Of a DNA stretch of 64,000 nt, positions 9,025-18,098 are shown piece after piece; position 1 is the stretch's first letter; every line of letters begins with the position of its first letter. A model generated the notes under the pieces. The model was given only the letters and a program-made list of their open reading frames with translations. It was not told the DNA's origin and made no database searches. The position numbers and the translations under genes are program-made. Origin of the DNA: Chloroflexota bacterium (GTDB lineage Bacteria > Chloroflexota > Limnocylindria > Limnocylindrales > CSP1-4). The stretch lies in contig JACPOS010000030.1 in assembly GCA_016191395.1 (NCBI GenBank), forward strand, positions 4,235-68,234. The letters are read 5' to 3'.

Positions 9025-10959
9025 CTACCCCGCGGCGAGGACGATGACCTTGTCGTCGGGGGAGAAGGTGACCGTCGCGCTCTTCCGCGGGTTCACGTGC
9101 ACGCCGTACGCCAGCCCGGCGTCGTTCGACTCAGTTCGAACGCGGTAGCCGATGGCGACCTCCTCCAGGCGGCGCGCCGCCTCGACGATGGTTGCGACCG
9201 TGACCGGCCGGCCCGTCGCCACGTAGTCCGCGACGGGGCGCAGGTAGACCTCGGAGCCGTCCGCGTCGAACAGGTCGGCGAAGACCGCGTTCAGCTGCTT
9301 GTTCTCGGAGACCTGGGTAAGCAGCAGGCTGATCAACCGGTCCGACACGATGAAGTCGTCGGCACGCGTCACCTCCGCGAGCGTTCGATTGCGGACGTCC
9401 GCCATCTCCGAGGTGATCGAGAACGGGTGGCCAATGGCTGTCGCGATGTCGCGCAGGTGCAGCAGCGTCACGAGCGTCCGAGCGTCCGCGCGCTGGGCGT
9501 CGTAGCGATCGATGGGGCTGATGACGAGGACGTGCTGGTAGCTCGCGACGTCGAGCTCGTCGAGCACGGCGCGATTGGACGATGACTTGTGGACGAACTG
9601 GAGCGCCTGGTTCTCGAGCTCGGAGCGCAGGAGCTCCAGGCCGCCGACCGCCACGGGGTCGTCGGTGACCACCGTGATCGTCGAGCCCTTGGCGACATAC
9701 GCGTCCAGCTCGCGCGCGATCTGGAGCACGCGATGGTTCCAGCCAAGCACGAGCGTCCGCTCCCGAGCGACCGGCGTGGGGACGCACACGATGATCGACT
9801 GATCGTCGATCGAGGGTGGCTCACCGTCGCGCAGGTGGATCGCGTCGTCGTCCGCGGCGATGAGGATCAGCCGGTCGTCCGCGCCGATCACGGTCGCGGG
9901 CGGCGGATTGAGGCGAACGCCGCCCTCGACCGTCGACAGGCCGATGAGCGTCGAATCCTCGAACGCGTGCTGGGCGTCACCGAAGGTCCGGCCCTCGAGC
10001 GCGGGCTGCCGGCTGAAGTAGATCTCGTCGCCGGCGAAGTCGAGGAGCTCGCCGTAGACGATGGACAGCCCTGCCTGGCGACAGGTCTGGGCGATGATCC
10101 GGGAGACCACGTCGCCGACCGCGATGAGCTCCACCTCGTCGCGGCCGACGAGCCGCGCGGCCTCGAGATTGGCCGGGTCGTGGATCTCGGCGACCACGTG
10201 GTATGGCTCCGGTCGCCGGTTCGGGTCATTCGTGATGGCGAGGATCGTCTTGATGACCTCGATGTCGGGCTCGTCGACGTCCGGCGCGAGCACGATGATG
10301 GCGCGCGAGCCTTGGATCCCTGCGATGTCGATCTCGTCGAGGTCCACCGGGCTGCCGGAGCGGCACACGATCTTGGTGCCGCGGGTGTCCGCGATGCGGG
10401 CCCGGATCTCGTCGTCCATCGCAACTTTGTCCCGGTCCGCAAGGACCACGATGTTCCGGCCTCGCTGGTTCGCGTTCGCGCCCACGAGCTCGGTGATGAT
10501 GGTGAAGACCTGCTGGTTCCAGCCCAGGATGACGGTGTGGTTGGACTCGATCACCCTCGAGCGGCCCTTGCGCAGCTCATCGAGACGGTTCTGGATGCCG
10601 GAGTTGATGATGCCGATCAGGGCGCTGATCACGAAGATGCCGCCGAGTGTCACGAGCAGCATTGCCCCCAGGAACGTCGCAGAGCCCGTGTCACTGCCCA
10701 TGGTCCCCGAGTCGAGCGTTCGCATCAGGCCCATCCAGATGAGGTCGAAGACACTCGGGTTGTCGCCCGCGCTCGATCCCTGGCTCGCACCGGTTGCCAC
10801 GACAACCAACGCCACGATCACGAGGAGCAGCGCGGAGAGGAGGAACAGGCCCAGGATCAGGGCGATCGTGCCGCGCGCGAAGAACTCGTCGACCCGGTAG
10901 CGGAGGCGGTCTCGCCAGCTCGTGGCCACGGCGATGGGGCTGCCCCCGTGTGGCGCCAT
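9025..10959 (-). CDS. CASTOR/POLLUX (DMI1)-type ion channel with tandem RCK/TrkA-N domains
   Basis: 644 aa from the ATG at 10959. N-terminal TM helices and a pore-like segment. NHTVILGWNQQVFTIITELVGANANQRGRNIVVLADRDKVAMDDEI matches the CASTOR/DMI1 first RCK motif (NHILILGWSDK...). A second RCK follows (RTLVLGWNHRVLQIAREL). The listed 1180-aa ORF has a ~535-aa Arg/Pro-rich N-terminal extension judged spurious. Confidence 0.85.
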   Translation of the reverse strand: MAPHGGSPIAVATSWRDRLRYRVDEFFARGTIALILGLFLLSALLLVIVALVVVATGASQGSSAGDNPSVFDLIWMGLMRTLDSGTMGSDTGSATFLGAMLLVTLGGIFVISALIGIINSGIQNRLDELRKGRSRVIESNHTVILGWNQQVFTIITELVGANANQRGRNIVVLADRDKVAMDDEIRARIADTRGTKIVCRSGSPVDLDEIDIAGIQGSRAIIVLAPDVDEPDIEVIKTILAITNDPNRRPEPYHVVAEIHDPANLEAARLVGRDEVELIAVGDVVSRIIAQTCRQAGLSIVYGELLDFAGDEIYFSRQPALEGRTFGDAQHAFEDSTLIGLSTVEGGVRLNPPPATVIGADDRLILIAADDDAIHLRDGEPPSIDDQSIIVCVPTPVARERTLVLGWNHRVLQIARELDAYVAKGSTITVVTDDPVAVGGLELLRSELENQALQFVHKSSSNRAVLDELDVASYQHVLVISPIDRYDAQRADARTLVTLLHLRDIATAIGHPFSITSEMADVRNRTLAEVTRADDFIVSDRLISLLLTQVSENKQLNAVFADLFDADGSEVYLRPVADYVATGRPVTVATIVEAARRLEEVAIGYRVRTESNDAGLAYGVHVNPRKSATVTFSPDDKVIVLAAG

Positions 10960-11181
10960 CTCACGATTTCCGGGCCGTTCGGGGCCAGCGCCGCCGCCCG
11001 TCGGGCGGGCCATGCGGCCCCGCATGATCCGGGCTCGCGCCATTCGCGAGCGGGTCATGCGAGCCCTCGCGCCCTGTCGTAGGCATTTGCGGCCACGTCG
11101 AACATCGTCCCCGAACTGTAGCGGTGCGTACAGCCCCGCCGCGTTCCGCCATCGAGAAGCCGCGCCGGTAGGCTGCACGAC

Positions 11182-12087
11182 GTGACCCGACCCGGACTCC
11201 TCGGCTTCCGCGTCTCGCCGACGTCCACGCAGGGCATCGACTGGGCGGCGCTCGACGCGATCTGGGCGGCCGGTGGCTCGCTCGACGTCTTCTCGGCGGG
11301 CTGGCTCAGCGACCACCTCAGCGACGCGAGCATGGAGCGTGGCGGCACGGGCTTCGAGTCGCTGACGACCGCGGCAGCGCTCGCGCATCGCGTCCAGGGC
11401 AAGTGGATCGGGATCGCCGTGCTCGCGAACACGTTCCGGCACCCGGCACTCGTCGCGAAGGCCGCCACCGCGATCGACAACGCGACCGGCGGGCGGTTCG
11501 TCGTGGGCCTCGGCGCAGGCTGGCACGGGGGTGAGCACGCGGCGTTCGGGATCCGGCTGCCACCGATGGAAGAGCGATTCGCGCGCTACGAGAGCGCGGT
11601 CGCGACGCTCCGTGCGCTGTTCTCGGACGCGGCTCGCGAGGCACCCGGCGTGACGCGCCCGGACCCGTTCTACCCGCTCGATGGCGCGACGCTGGCGCCT
11701 GCGCCGATCCGTCCCGGAGGCCCGGCGCTGTGGCTCGGCGGGCAGCGGCGTCGAGGGATCAGCCTCGCGGCTCGCTACGCCGACGGGTGGATCATGCCCG
11801 GCACGCTGGCGGGCGCCGTGGCGTACTTCGGCGAGCGTCGAGAGGAGCTGCTCCGCACGCTCCAGGCAGCCGGACGCGATCCGGCGGCCTTCGCGCTCGC
11901 GGGCCAGGTCGAGGTCGTCCTGGATGCCGCGGGGATGCGAGTCGCCCGAGAGACGGCGCTCGGCTTCATCCGGGCCGGCGCCGACCACGTGACGCTCGGG
12001 ATCCCGGGTCGCGCGGGCCCCGCCGGACTGGAGCTGATGGCCCGGGAGGTTGCGGAGCCGATCCGGCAGGCGGCAGGCGGGGGCTGA
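11182..12087 (+). CDS. LLM-class (luciferase-like monooxygenase) flavin/F420-dependent oxidoreductase
   Basis: 301 aa. Luciferase-like motifs LSDHL, GIAVLANTFRHPALVAKAATAIDNATGGRFVVGLGAGW. Confidence 0.85.
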   Translation: MTRPGLLGFRVSPTSTQGIDWAALDAIWAAGGSLDVFSAGWLSDHLSDASMERGGTGFESLTTAAALAHRVQGKWIGIAVLANTFRHPALVAKAATAIDNATGGRFVVGLGAGWHGGEHAAFGIRLPPMEERFARYESAVATLRALFSDAAREAPGVTRPDPFYPLDGATLAPAPIRPGGPALWLGGQRRRGISLAARYADGWIMPGTLAGAVAYFGERREELLRTLQAAGRDPAAFALAGQVEVVLDAAGMRVARETALGFIRAGADHVTLGIPGRAGPAGLELMAREVAEPIRQAAGGG

Positions 12088-12140
12088 GCCTGGCGACCAG
12101 GGGCCTGAGCGCGGAGGCCGCGCCACCGTACACTCCGGCC

Positions 12141-13247
12141 ATGTCGACGACCCGCCGCCTCGTGATCCTGACCGAGGGCCAGTTCGGGGCCCACCACGCG
12201 AAGACCGCCATGGGCGTGATCCGCTACGCGACGGACCGGACCGTCGCGGTGCTCGATTCCTCGATCGCGGGCCGGAACGTGTCGGAGTGGCTGCCCGGCC
12301 ACGACATCCCGGCGGTCGCCACGCTCGCCGAGGCGCTCGCGCTGCCGGAGCCGCCGGACACCTTGCTGATCGGCATCGCCCCGACGGGTGGCAAGCTCCC
12401 GGCCGAGTGGCGCGCGACGATCCTGGAGGCGATCGACAAGGGCCTCGAGGTGCACTCGGGCCTGCACACCTTCCTCGGCGACGACCCCGAGTTCTCGGCG
12501 GAGGCGGCCGCCAAGGGCGTCCGGATCGTCGACTACCGGCGGCCGCCGGAGCGGCACGAGACCGCAATCGGGCGCCCGCACGCCCCTGGCAAGCGGGTGA
12601 TCCTGACGGTCGGGACGGACTGCGCGATCGGCAAGATGTCGGTGGCCTTGGAGCTCAGGAAGTCGGCCCTCCGGCAGGGCGACAAGGCCGTGTTCGTGCC
12701 CACCGGCCAGACCGGGATGATGATCGATGGCTGGGGCGTCGCGGTGGACCGGGTGATCAGCGACTTCGTGCAGGGCACGGTGGAATGGATGATCGAGGAG
12801 GCAGAGGGCCGGGGCGACTGGATCATCGTCGAGGGCCAGGGCTCCCTGGACCACCCGGCGTACTCGTCCGTCACCCTGGGCCTGATCCACGGCGCGACGC
12901 CGCATGCGATGGTCATGGTCCACAAGCCGGGCCTCGCCGAGCACGACTGGGACCACATCGCGGGCCACGCGTTCCCGATCGCGAAGCTGCCCGGGTTCAT
13001 CCGGCTCCACGAGACCGTCGCGGGCCTGGTCGCTCCGTCGAAGGTCGTCGGGATCGCGCTCAACACCATGCTCTACCCCGACGAGGCAGAGGCCCGCGAG
13101 GTCGTCGCCCGAATTGCCGAGGAGACGGGCCTCCCCGCCGCCGATCCAGTGCGCTTCGGCGGCGACGGCCTGTGGGCGGCGGTGCACAAGGCCGTGGACG
13201 AGCTGCCCTGGGTCGCGCGGGCCCTGCCGGTCGTGCCCTCGACGTGA
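12141..13247 (+). CDS. DUF1611 domain-containing protein (N-terminal Rossmann-like plus P-loop domain)
   Basis: Starts MSTTRRLVILTEGQFGAHHAKTAMGVIRY. P-loop-like LTVGTDCAIGKMSVALEL. Classic partner of the downstream dipeptide epimerase. The listed 505-aa ORF has a spurious N-terminal extension. Confidence 0.8.
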   Translation: MSTTRRLVILTEGQFGAHHAKTAMGVIRYATDRTVAVLDSSIAGRNVSEWLPGHDIPAVATLAEALALPEPPDTLLIGIAPTGGKLPAEWRATILEAIDKGLEVHSGLHTFLGDDPEFSAEAAAKGVRIVDYRRPPERHETAIGRPHAPGKRVILTVGTDCAIGKMSVALELRKSALRQGDKAVFVPTGQTGMMIDGWGVAVDRVISDFVQGTVEWMIEEAEGRGDWIIVEGQGSLDHPAYSSVTLGLIHGATPHAMVMVHKPGLAEHDWDHIAGHAFPIAKLPGFIRLHETVAGLVAPSKVVGIALNTMLYPDEAEAREVVARIAEETGLPAADPVRFGGDGLWAAVHKAVDELPWVARALPVVPST

Positions 13248-14290
13248 CGCTCTCCCTCCGGCACGAGGTCCTGCACCTCGCCCTGCGCGATCCGTTCCGC
13301 ATCGCGCGTTCCGACCACGACGCCGGGCACGCCGTCACGACGCTCGTCATCGAGCTTCGCGACCCGCGCTTTCCGGGCCTCGTGGGCCTCGGCGAGGGGT
13401 ACCCGGACCGGTTCTACGGCGAGACGATCGACACGATGGTCGCGGTCTTCCCCATGCTGCTCGCCGCGGTGGAGGGCTTCGAGCCGACCGCGGCAGGCGT
13501 GCGCGCCGCCACCGCTCGCCTGCAGGCCGCCATCCGCTGGAACGGCGGCGCGAAGTGCGCCATCGACACGGCGATGCACGACCTGGCGGGCAAGGTGTCC
13601 GGCCTGCCGGTGCATCGACTCCTGGGGCTCTCGACCGACATCCCGCCGACGGACTTCACGCTGGGTCTCGATGAGCCCTCGATCGTCGCGGAGCGGGCCC
13701 GGCGAGCGAGCGGCTTTCCGGCCCTCAAGATCAAGTGCGGCGGCCCCGCGGACATCGCGACGCTGGAGGCGGTCCGCGCCGTGTACGACCACCCGCTGCG
13801 GGTCGACGCCAACACGGGCTGGACGCCCGACATCGCCCGGCAGCTGCTGCCCGCGCTCGTGGACCTTGGCGTGGAGCTGATCGAGCAGCCGTTCCCAGCG
13901 GGCCGGCTGGACTGGCTCCGCGACCTCCAGGCGACGTCACCCCTGCCGATCGTGGCCGATGAATCCTGCGTGACGATCGGCGACCTCGATGCGCTCGTGG
14001 GCGTCACTGCCGGCGTCAACGTCAAGCTCGCCAAGTGCGGTGGTCCGGGGGCTGCGGCGCTCATGCTCGCGCGCGCACACGAGCTCGGGTTCCGCACGTT
14101 CCTGGGCTGCATGGAGGAGACCTCCGTGGCCATCGCCGCCTCCGCGGCGGTGGCGTCACTCGCGGACTGGGTGGACCTCGATGGCAACCTCCTCCTCGCC
14201 GACGAGCCCTTCGAGGGCCTCGTCCTGGGCGAGGATCACCGCTGGCAGCTCTCCGATCGGGCCGGCCTGGGGGTCTCGCGTCGGGCCTGA
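13244..14290 (+). CDS. dipeptide epimerase (enolase superfamily, L-Ala-D/L-Glu epimerase-like)
   Basis: GTG start overlaps the upstream stop (GTGA). Enolase-superfamily motifs KIKCGG, VDANTGW, IEQPF, ADES, VKLAKCGG. It is the C-terminal half of the listed 746-aa ORF. Confidence 0.85.
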   Translation: MTLSLRHEVLHLALRDPFRIARSDHDAGHAVTTLVIELRDPRFPGLVGLGEGYPDRFYGETIDTMVAVFPMLLAAVEGFEPTAAGVRAATARLQAAIRWNGGAKCAIDTAMHDLAGKVSGLPVHRLLGLSTDIPPTDFTLGLDEPSIVAERARRASGFPALKIKCGGPADIATLEAVRAVYDHPLRVDANTGWTPDIARQLLPALVDLGVELIEQPFPAGRLDWLRDLQATSPLPIVADESCVTIGDLDALVGVTAGVNVKLAKCGGPGAAALMLARAHELGFRTFLGCMEETSVAIAASAAVASLADWVDLDGNLLLADEPFEGLVLGEDHRWQLSDRAGLGVSRRA

Positions 14291-14512
14291 GCAGGCCGCG
14301 AACGGGCTGTGGATAAGTTGGTGGACGAAAAGGTGGACATCCCCTCTTCCGGGGAATCCGCCCTCCGCCGTACCATTCTCGGCACTGGAGGGACCCCGCC
14401 GGGAAGCGGGTCGCCGGTCACCTGAAAGCCCAACCGCGGGCCACGGTCCATCACGCCGTGGACCCTAGGTCAGCCCCGCTGCGCCCCACCGGGGACGAGG
14501 AGGTTCGTATTG

Positions 14513-14833
14513 ATGGTCGCGCGCCCCGCGACCCCGCACGCGATCACGGCCGAGGCCGTGGAGTTCATCCGGTTCTGCTATGCCCGGCGCCGGGTGGGCT
14601 GGCCGGAGCTGTACGACGAGATGTGCGCCGTCGCCAGCCGGGGCCTGTTCCGGGGGTGGGGCCCGGATGACCTCGCGGAGCACGGCATCGGCTTCGGGCT
14701 GTTCGAGATGCCCCGCCTCGCATCGCGGGTGTGCGAGATCGTCGCCGAGGACCGCGCGCGCGCCAAGGCCGCGACGACTGCCGCGGCTCCCGAGGTCACG
14801 ACCGTGCCCGCGACGGTGACCGCGGTCGCGTGA
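14513..14833 (+). CDS. hypothetical protein
   Basis: ATG at 14513 with a GAGGAGG RBS 10 nt upstream. 106 aa of balanced composition (FIRFCYARRRVGWPELYDEMCAVASRGLFRGWGPDDLAEHGIGFGLFEM). No family recognised. Confidence 0.45.
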   Translation: MVARPATPHAITAEAVEFIRFCYARRRVGWPELYDEMCAVASRGLFRGWGPDDLAEHGIGFGLFEMPRLASRVCEIVAEDRARAKAATTAAAPEVTTVPATVTAVA

Positions 14834-14866
14834 TCCCGGGCGCCGCCCGGTGGCGGCGCTGTTCGG

Positions 14867-15085
14867 CTAGGCCCGGATCCGGCGCCTCGCCATCTCGCCC
14901 TCGATCTGGCGCTCGGCCTCGACGTAGCCATCGATCTGCTCGCGCAGCTGGTTCGCCTCCGGCGTGTACAGGTGCACCTGCTGCTGGAGGATGTAGCTGA
15001 GCCTCCGGCTCGTCATCCGGACGTGATCCAGATTCTTCATCAGGACCAGCGGATCCATCGCCGCGAGATCGGACGGGTGGTACAT
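14867..15085 (-). CDS. small hypothetical protein downstream of pspA
   Basis: 72-aa ORF (MYHPSDLAAMDPLVLMKNLDHVRMTSRRLSYILQQQVHLYTPEANQLREQIDGYVEAERQIEGEM...). Composition is not GC-artefact-like. Starts 11 nt after the pspA stop. No strong RBS. Confidence 0.4.
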   Translation of the reverse strand: MYHPSDLAAMDPLVLMKNLDHVRMTSRRLSYILQQQVHLYTPEANQLREQIDGYVEAERQIEGEMARRRIRA

Positions 15086-15096
15086 CTGCTTCAACG

Positions 15097-15810
15097 TCAG
15101 CCGCCCGCCTTCAGGCCGGCAAGGCGAGCGCTGACCTCTGCCTCGTCCTCGTCCGCCTCGAGCCCGGCGAACTGCTGGTCGAGCGACGATGCTGCGACCT
15201 CGTCCATGCCGCGGACCTGGGCCTCCTGGCGGCGGACTCGGTCCTCGAAGCGGTTGAGCTCGCTCGTCGGATCCATGATCGATGCGCTCTTCATCGCCTG
15301 CTGGACCTGGCCCTGAGCCTGCGCCATCTTCGCCCGGCTCACGAGCTCGTTGCGCTTCTGGACCAGCTCCTCGCGGCGGGCGCGCAGCTTGTTCAACCCG
15401 TCCTTGAGCTTGTCGGCGAGCTCGGTCTGGCCGGCCGCCTGCGTCTCGAGGGTCTTCGCCTGGCTCTCGTAGCCGATCTGGCGCCGAAGCGCGACCTTGG
15501 CGAGGTCGTCGAACTTGTCCGCCTCCGCTGCGTTGCCGGCGGCCCGCAGGTCGTCGGCGCGACGGGAAGCGGCCTTGGCCTTGCCACCCCACTCGTCGAC
15601 CGCGGCGCGCGCCTCGCGAGCGTCGTCCTCCACCATCCGAAGGTTGCCGATGGTCTGCGCGACGGCCTCCTCGGCCTCCGCGATGTTGTTCGTGAAGTCG
15701 CGGACGAGCTGGTCGAGCATCTTCTCGGGATCCTCGGCGCTGTCCAGCATCGCGTTGATGTTCGCGCGGACGAGCTGCCCGATCCTCCCCAGGATCGACG
15801 TCTGAGCCAT
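15097..15810 (-). CDS. pspA: PspA/IM30 family protein (phage shock protein A-like)
   Basis: 237 aa, all-helical. N-terminus SILGRIGQLVRANINAMLDSAEDPEKMLDQLVRDFTNNIAEAEEAVA is canonical PspA/Vipp1. Confidence 0.9.
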   Translation of the reverse strand: MAQTSILGRIGQLVRANINAMLDSAEDPEKMLDQLVRDFTNNIAEAEEAVAQTIGNLRMVEDDAREARAAVDEWGGKAKAASRRADDLRAAGNAAEADKFDDLAKVALRRQIGYESQAKTLETQAAGQTELADKLKDGLNKLRARREELVQKRNELVSRAKMAQAQGQVQQAMKSASIMDPTSELNRFEDRVRRQEAQVRGMDEVAASSLDQQFAGLEADEDEAEVSARLAGLKAGG

Positions 15811-15878
15811 GGAGTGCCTCCTTCGATGTGTCTGCGCACAGCCTACTCAGCCGGGCGCAACGATGCCGTGTGGAATAC

Positions 15879-17852
15879 CTACCAATGACCGCCCGCGGAA
15901 TGGCCGCCGCCACCTCCGCCACCGAAGCCCCCGAAGCTGCCGCCAGAGCTGTGGCCGCCGCCCCAGCCACCGCCACTGCCGCCGAAGAGCCCGCCGCCGC
16001 GCGGCGCGGATGACCCGGGGCTGCCCCACGAGGAGCCGCCCCAGCCGGCGCCGCGACCACCGCCGCTGAGAATTCCGCCGATGATGCCGCCCAGGATCGC
16101 GCCGGCGAAGTCGCCGCCGCCACTTGCCGCGGACCCGCGGCCAGTCCGGTCCCATTGCGTGAAGTCGAGGGTCGCGAGCGAGTAGGCCTCGCCGGCGAGC
16201 TTGTCCGCTCGCTGCGCGTCGGCCATCGCCTGCTTCGGGTCCGTGGCGCGCTCGGCCTCCGCGACGCCGAGCATGCGTTCCGCCTCGGCGAGGCGCGTGC
16301 GTGCCCGCCGGCCGACGCCGCCGCGGCGGGTCGCGACGAAGTCGCTCGCGCGGTCCATCTCGGCGCGAGCTGCGGCTATGGACGCCTCCAGGGCAGCGGC
16401 GAATCTCGCTGACTGCTCCGCATCAGCGCGGACCGCCGCGAGCAGCTCGCCGGCGAGTCGCTGGGCGGTCGCCGCGCTCCTGGCTGCGCCGATCGGCTCG
16501 GCTGGCCTCGCGGCTGCGGCAGCCCTCGCGGACCGCAGCGCGGCCCTGGCGGCCTCGACGTCTGCGGCGTGGGAGGGCATGCCGTCGGGTCCATCCCTCG
16601 GCGTGGCGGCGAGCGCGGCATCAAGGTCGGCCTCGGCGGCGTCCAGCTGGGCGCCGAGGCCGGCCTCGGTCTCGCGGATCGTCCGCGCGGCGACGTCGAT
16701 GGCGTCGAGCAGTCGCGCTGCGCCGGCGATGCCCTGCTGGGCGGTGACGATCTCGTGGGCGACGCCCGTGCCAGTCGCTGTCACCGCGGCAGTGCCGCGA
16801 TCGATGGCGGCACGCGCGCCCGCGATGCCCTTGGTCGCCTCGGCAACGTTGCCCTTCACGGCCGCCCACGCGGGCTCGGCGTAGGCGGCGCTCAGCTGAT
16901 CCAGCGTGGCCGTGGCCGCCGGGAGACGTGCCGCGAGGGCGTCCACCTGCGCGGGGAGCGACGCGAGGACCGCCGGCGCCTGCCGCTCGAGGTTGCGCAG
17001 CTCCTCGATCCGCGCCGTCTGGGCGTCGAGGGCGGCCGCGGCGCGCCCGAGCCGCTCGAGGATGTCGTTCAGCATCGCCTCCCGCGTCGGTGCGTCCTCC
17101 GGCTGGTCGTCGTCGAGGCGCTGGCGGATCTCGAACGCCCCACCGAGCTCGGTCTTCGCCTGCGCGACAGCTGCCCTGAACGGAGCCGCCTCGTCAGCCT
17201 CGAACTGTGCCTCGACGAAGCCGGCCTCCTGGTCGGATGAGCGAATCCGATCGTCGATCGCGATGAGCTGCGCGTTCGCTGCGCGAGCGAGCTTGCCGGT
17301 CCGGCGGTCGCGCTCCTCCGTCTCGCGCCACGACGAGACCCGGGAGGCGAGCCACACGAGGAGGATCGCGAGCCCGACGCCGAGGAGCACGATGCCGACG
17401 AGCCCGATGAGCACCCCGTCGACCGACTCCATGATGCCTCCGCTCGGCGGTGGCGTGACGCCGCCGCCTGGTGGTCCGGTCTCGCCGATACCCGGGTTGG
17501 GTTGCGTCGTGGAGGCCGCTGCGCCGAGGGCTCGGGCTGCCTCGATCACGGCGATGTCGAAGGTGCCCGTGCGAAGCGCGGGCTCCAGCGTGTCCGAGAT
17601 GACCCGGTTGAGCTCGTCGTTGGTGATGGCGAGCGAATCCGACACCCAGATTGCGTCGGTCCGGTCATCGACCGCGACGAGGAGGAGCACGTCGTCGCCG
17701 CCGAGCGAATTGATCCGCGCCGTCTCGTCGACGAATTCGGTGGAGGTCAACGCACCAGTCGAGCCGACGAACAGGACGAACACCTGGACACGCTGCTTGG
17801 CGAGCAGATCGTCGAGGGACGCCTTGATGGCGTCGGTGGAACTCGCGAGCAC
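15879..17852 (-). CDS. TPM-domain (YgcG-like) membrane protein with a Gly-rich C-terminal tail
   Basis: TPM domain start ITDQTGVLASSTDAIKASLDDL...VFVLFVGS. Central TM helix VLIGLVGIVLLGVGLAILLVWLA. Long coiled-coil region. C-terminal GGGWGGGHSSGGSFGGFGGGGGGGH. The annotated start is GTG at 17852. An in-frame signal-peptide-like extension lies upstream (see findings). Confidence 0.8.
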   Translation of the reverse strand: MLASSTDAIKASLDDLLAKQRVQVFVLFVGSTGALTSTEFVDETARINSLGGDDVLLLVAVDDRTDAIWVSDSLAITNDELNRVISDTLEPALRTGTFDIAVIEAARALGAAASTTQPNPGIGETGPPGGGVTPPPSGGIMESVDGVLIGLVGIVLLGVGLAILLVWLASRVSSWRETEERDRRTGKLARAANAQLIAIDDRIRSSDQEAGFVEAQFEADEAAPFRAAVAQAKTELGGAFEIRQRLDDDQPEDAPTREAMLNDILERLGRAAAALDAQTARIEELRNLERQAPAVLASLPAQVDALAARLPAATATLDQLSAAYAEPAWAAVKGNVAEATKGIAGARAAIDRGTAAVTATGTGVAHEIVTAQQGIAGAARLLDAIDVAARTIRETEAGLGAQLDAAEADLDAALAATPRDGPDGMPSHAADVEAARAALRSARAAAAARPAEPIGAARSAATAQRLAGELLAAVRADAEQSARFAAALEASIAAARAEMDRASDFVATRRGGVGRRARTRLAEAERMLGVAEAERATDPKQAMADAQRADKLAGEAYSLATLDFTQWDRTGRGSAASGGGDFAGAILGGIIGGILSGGGRGAGWGGSSWGSPGSSAPRGGGLFGGSGGGWGGGHSSGGSFGGFGGGGGGGHSAGGHW

Positions 17853-18098
17853 GCCCGTCTGATCCGTGATGGCGCCCTCGAGCCGCGGCGGGTCGGCCGC
17901 GAGCGCGGTCGTGGCGACCGAGAGGGCGAGGAAGACCGCGGCAACCGCGGATCGACGAGCGATCGAACGCCTCCGGAGAGCGGGCGCGCCGTCATGGCGG
18001 CCTCGGCCATCGTAGTGCCAGCGGCCGATTTGGGCAGGAGCCGCGCGACCCGTCCGACCGGTCCGGATGGACGGGGGGGGTCAGGAGCGCGCAGCTCG

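Noticed and set aside
12050-14290. 746-aa ORF suggesting a single large fusion protein
   Set aside because: The N-terminal two-thirds is an Arg/Gly/Pro-rich frame overlapping the real DUF1611 gene in another frame. The genuine gene is the C-terminal dipeptide epimerase starting at GTG 13244, with GTGA coupling to DUF1611.
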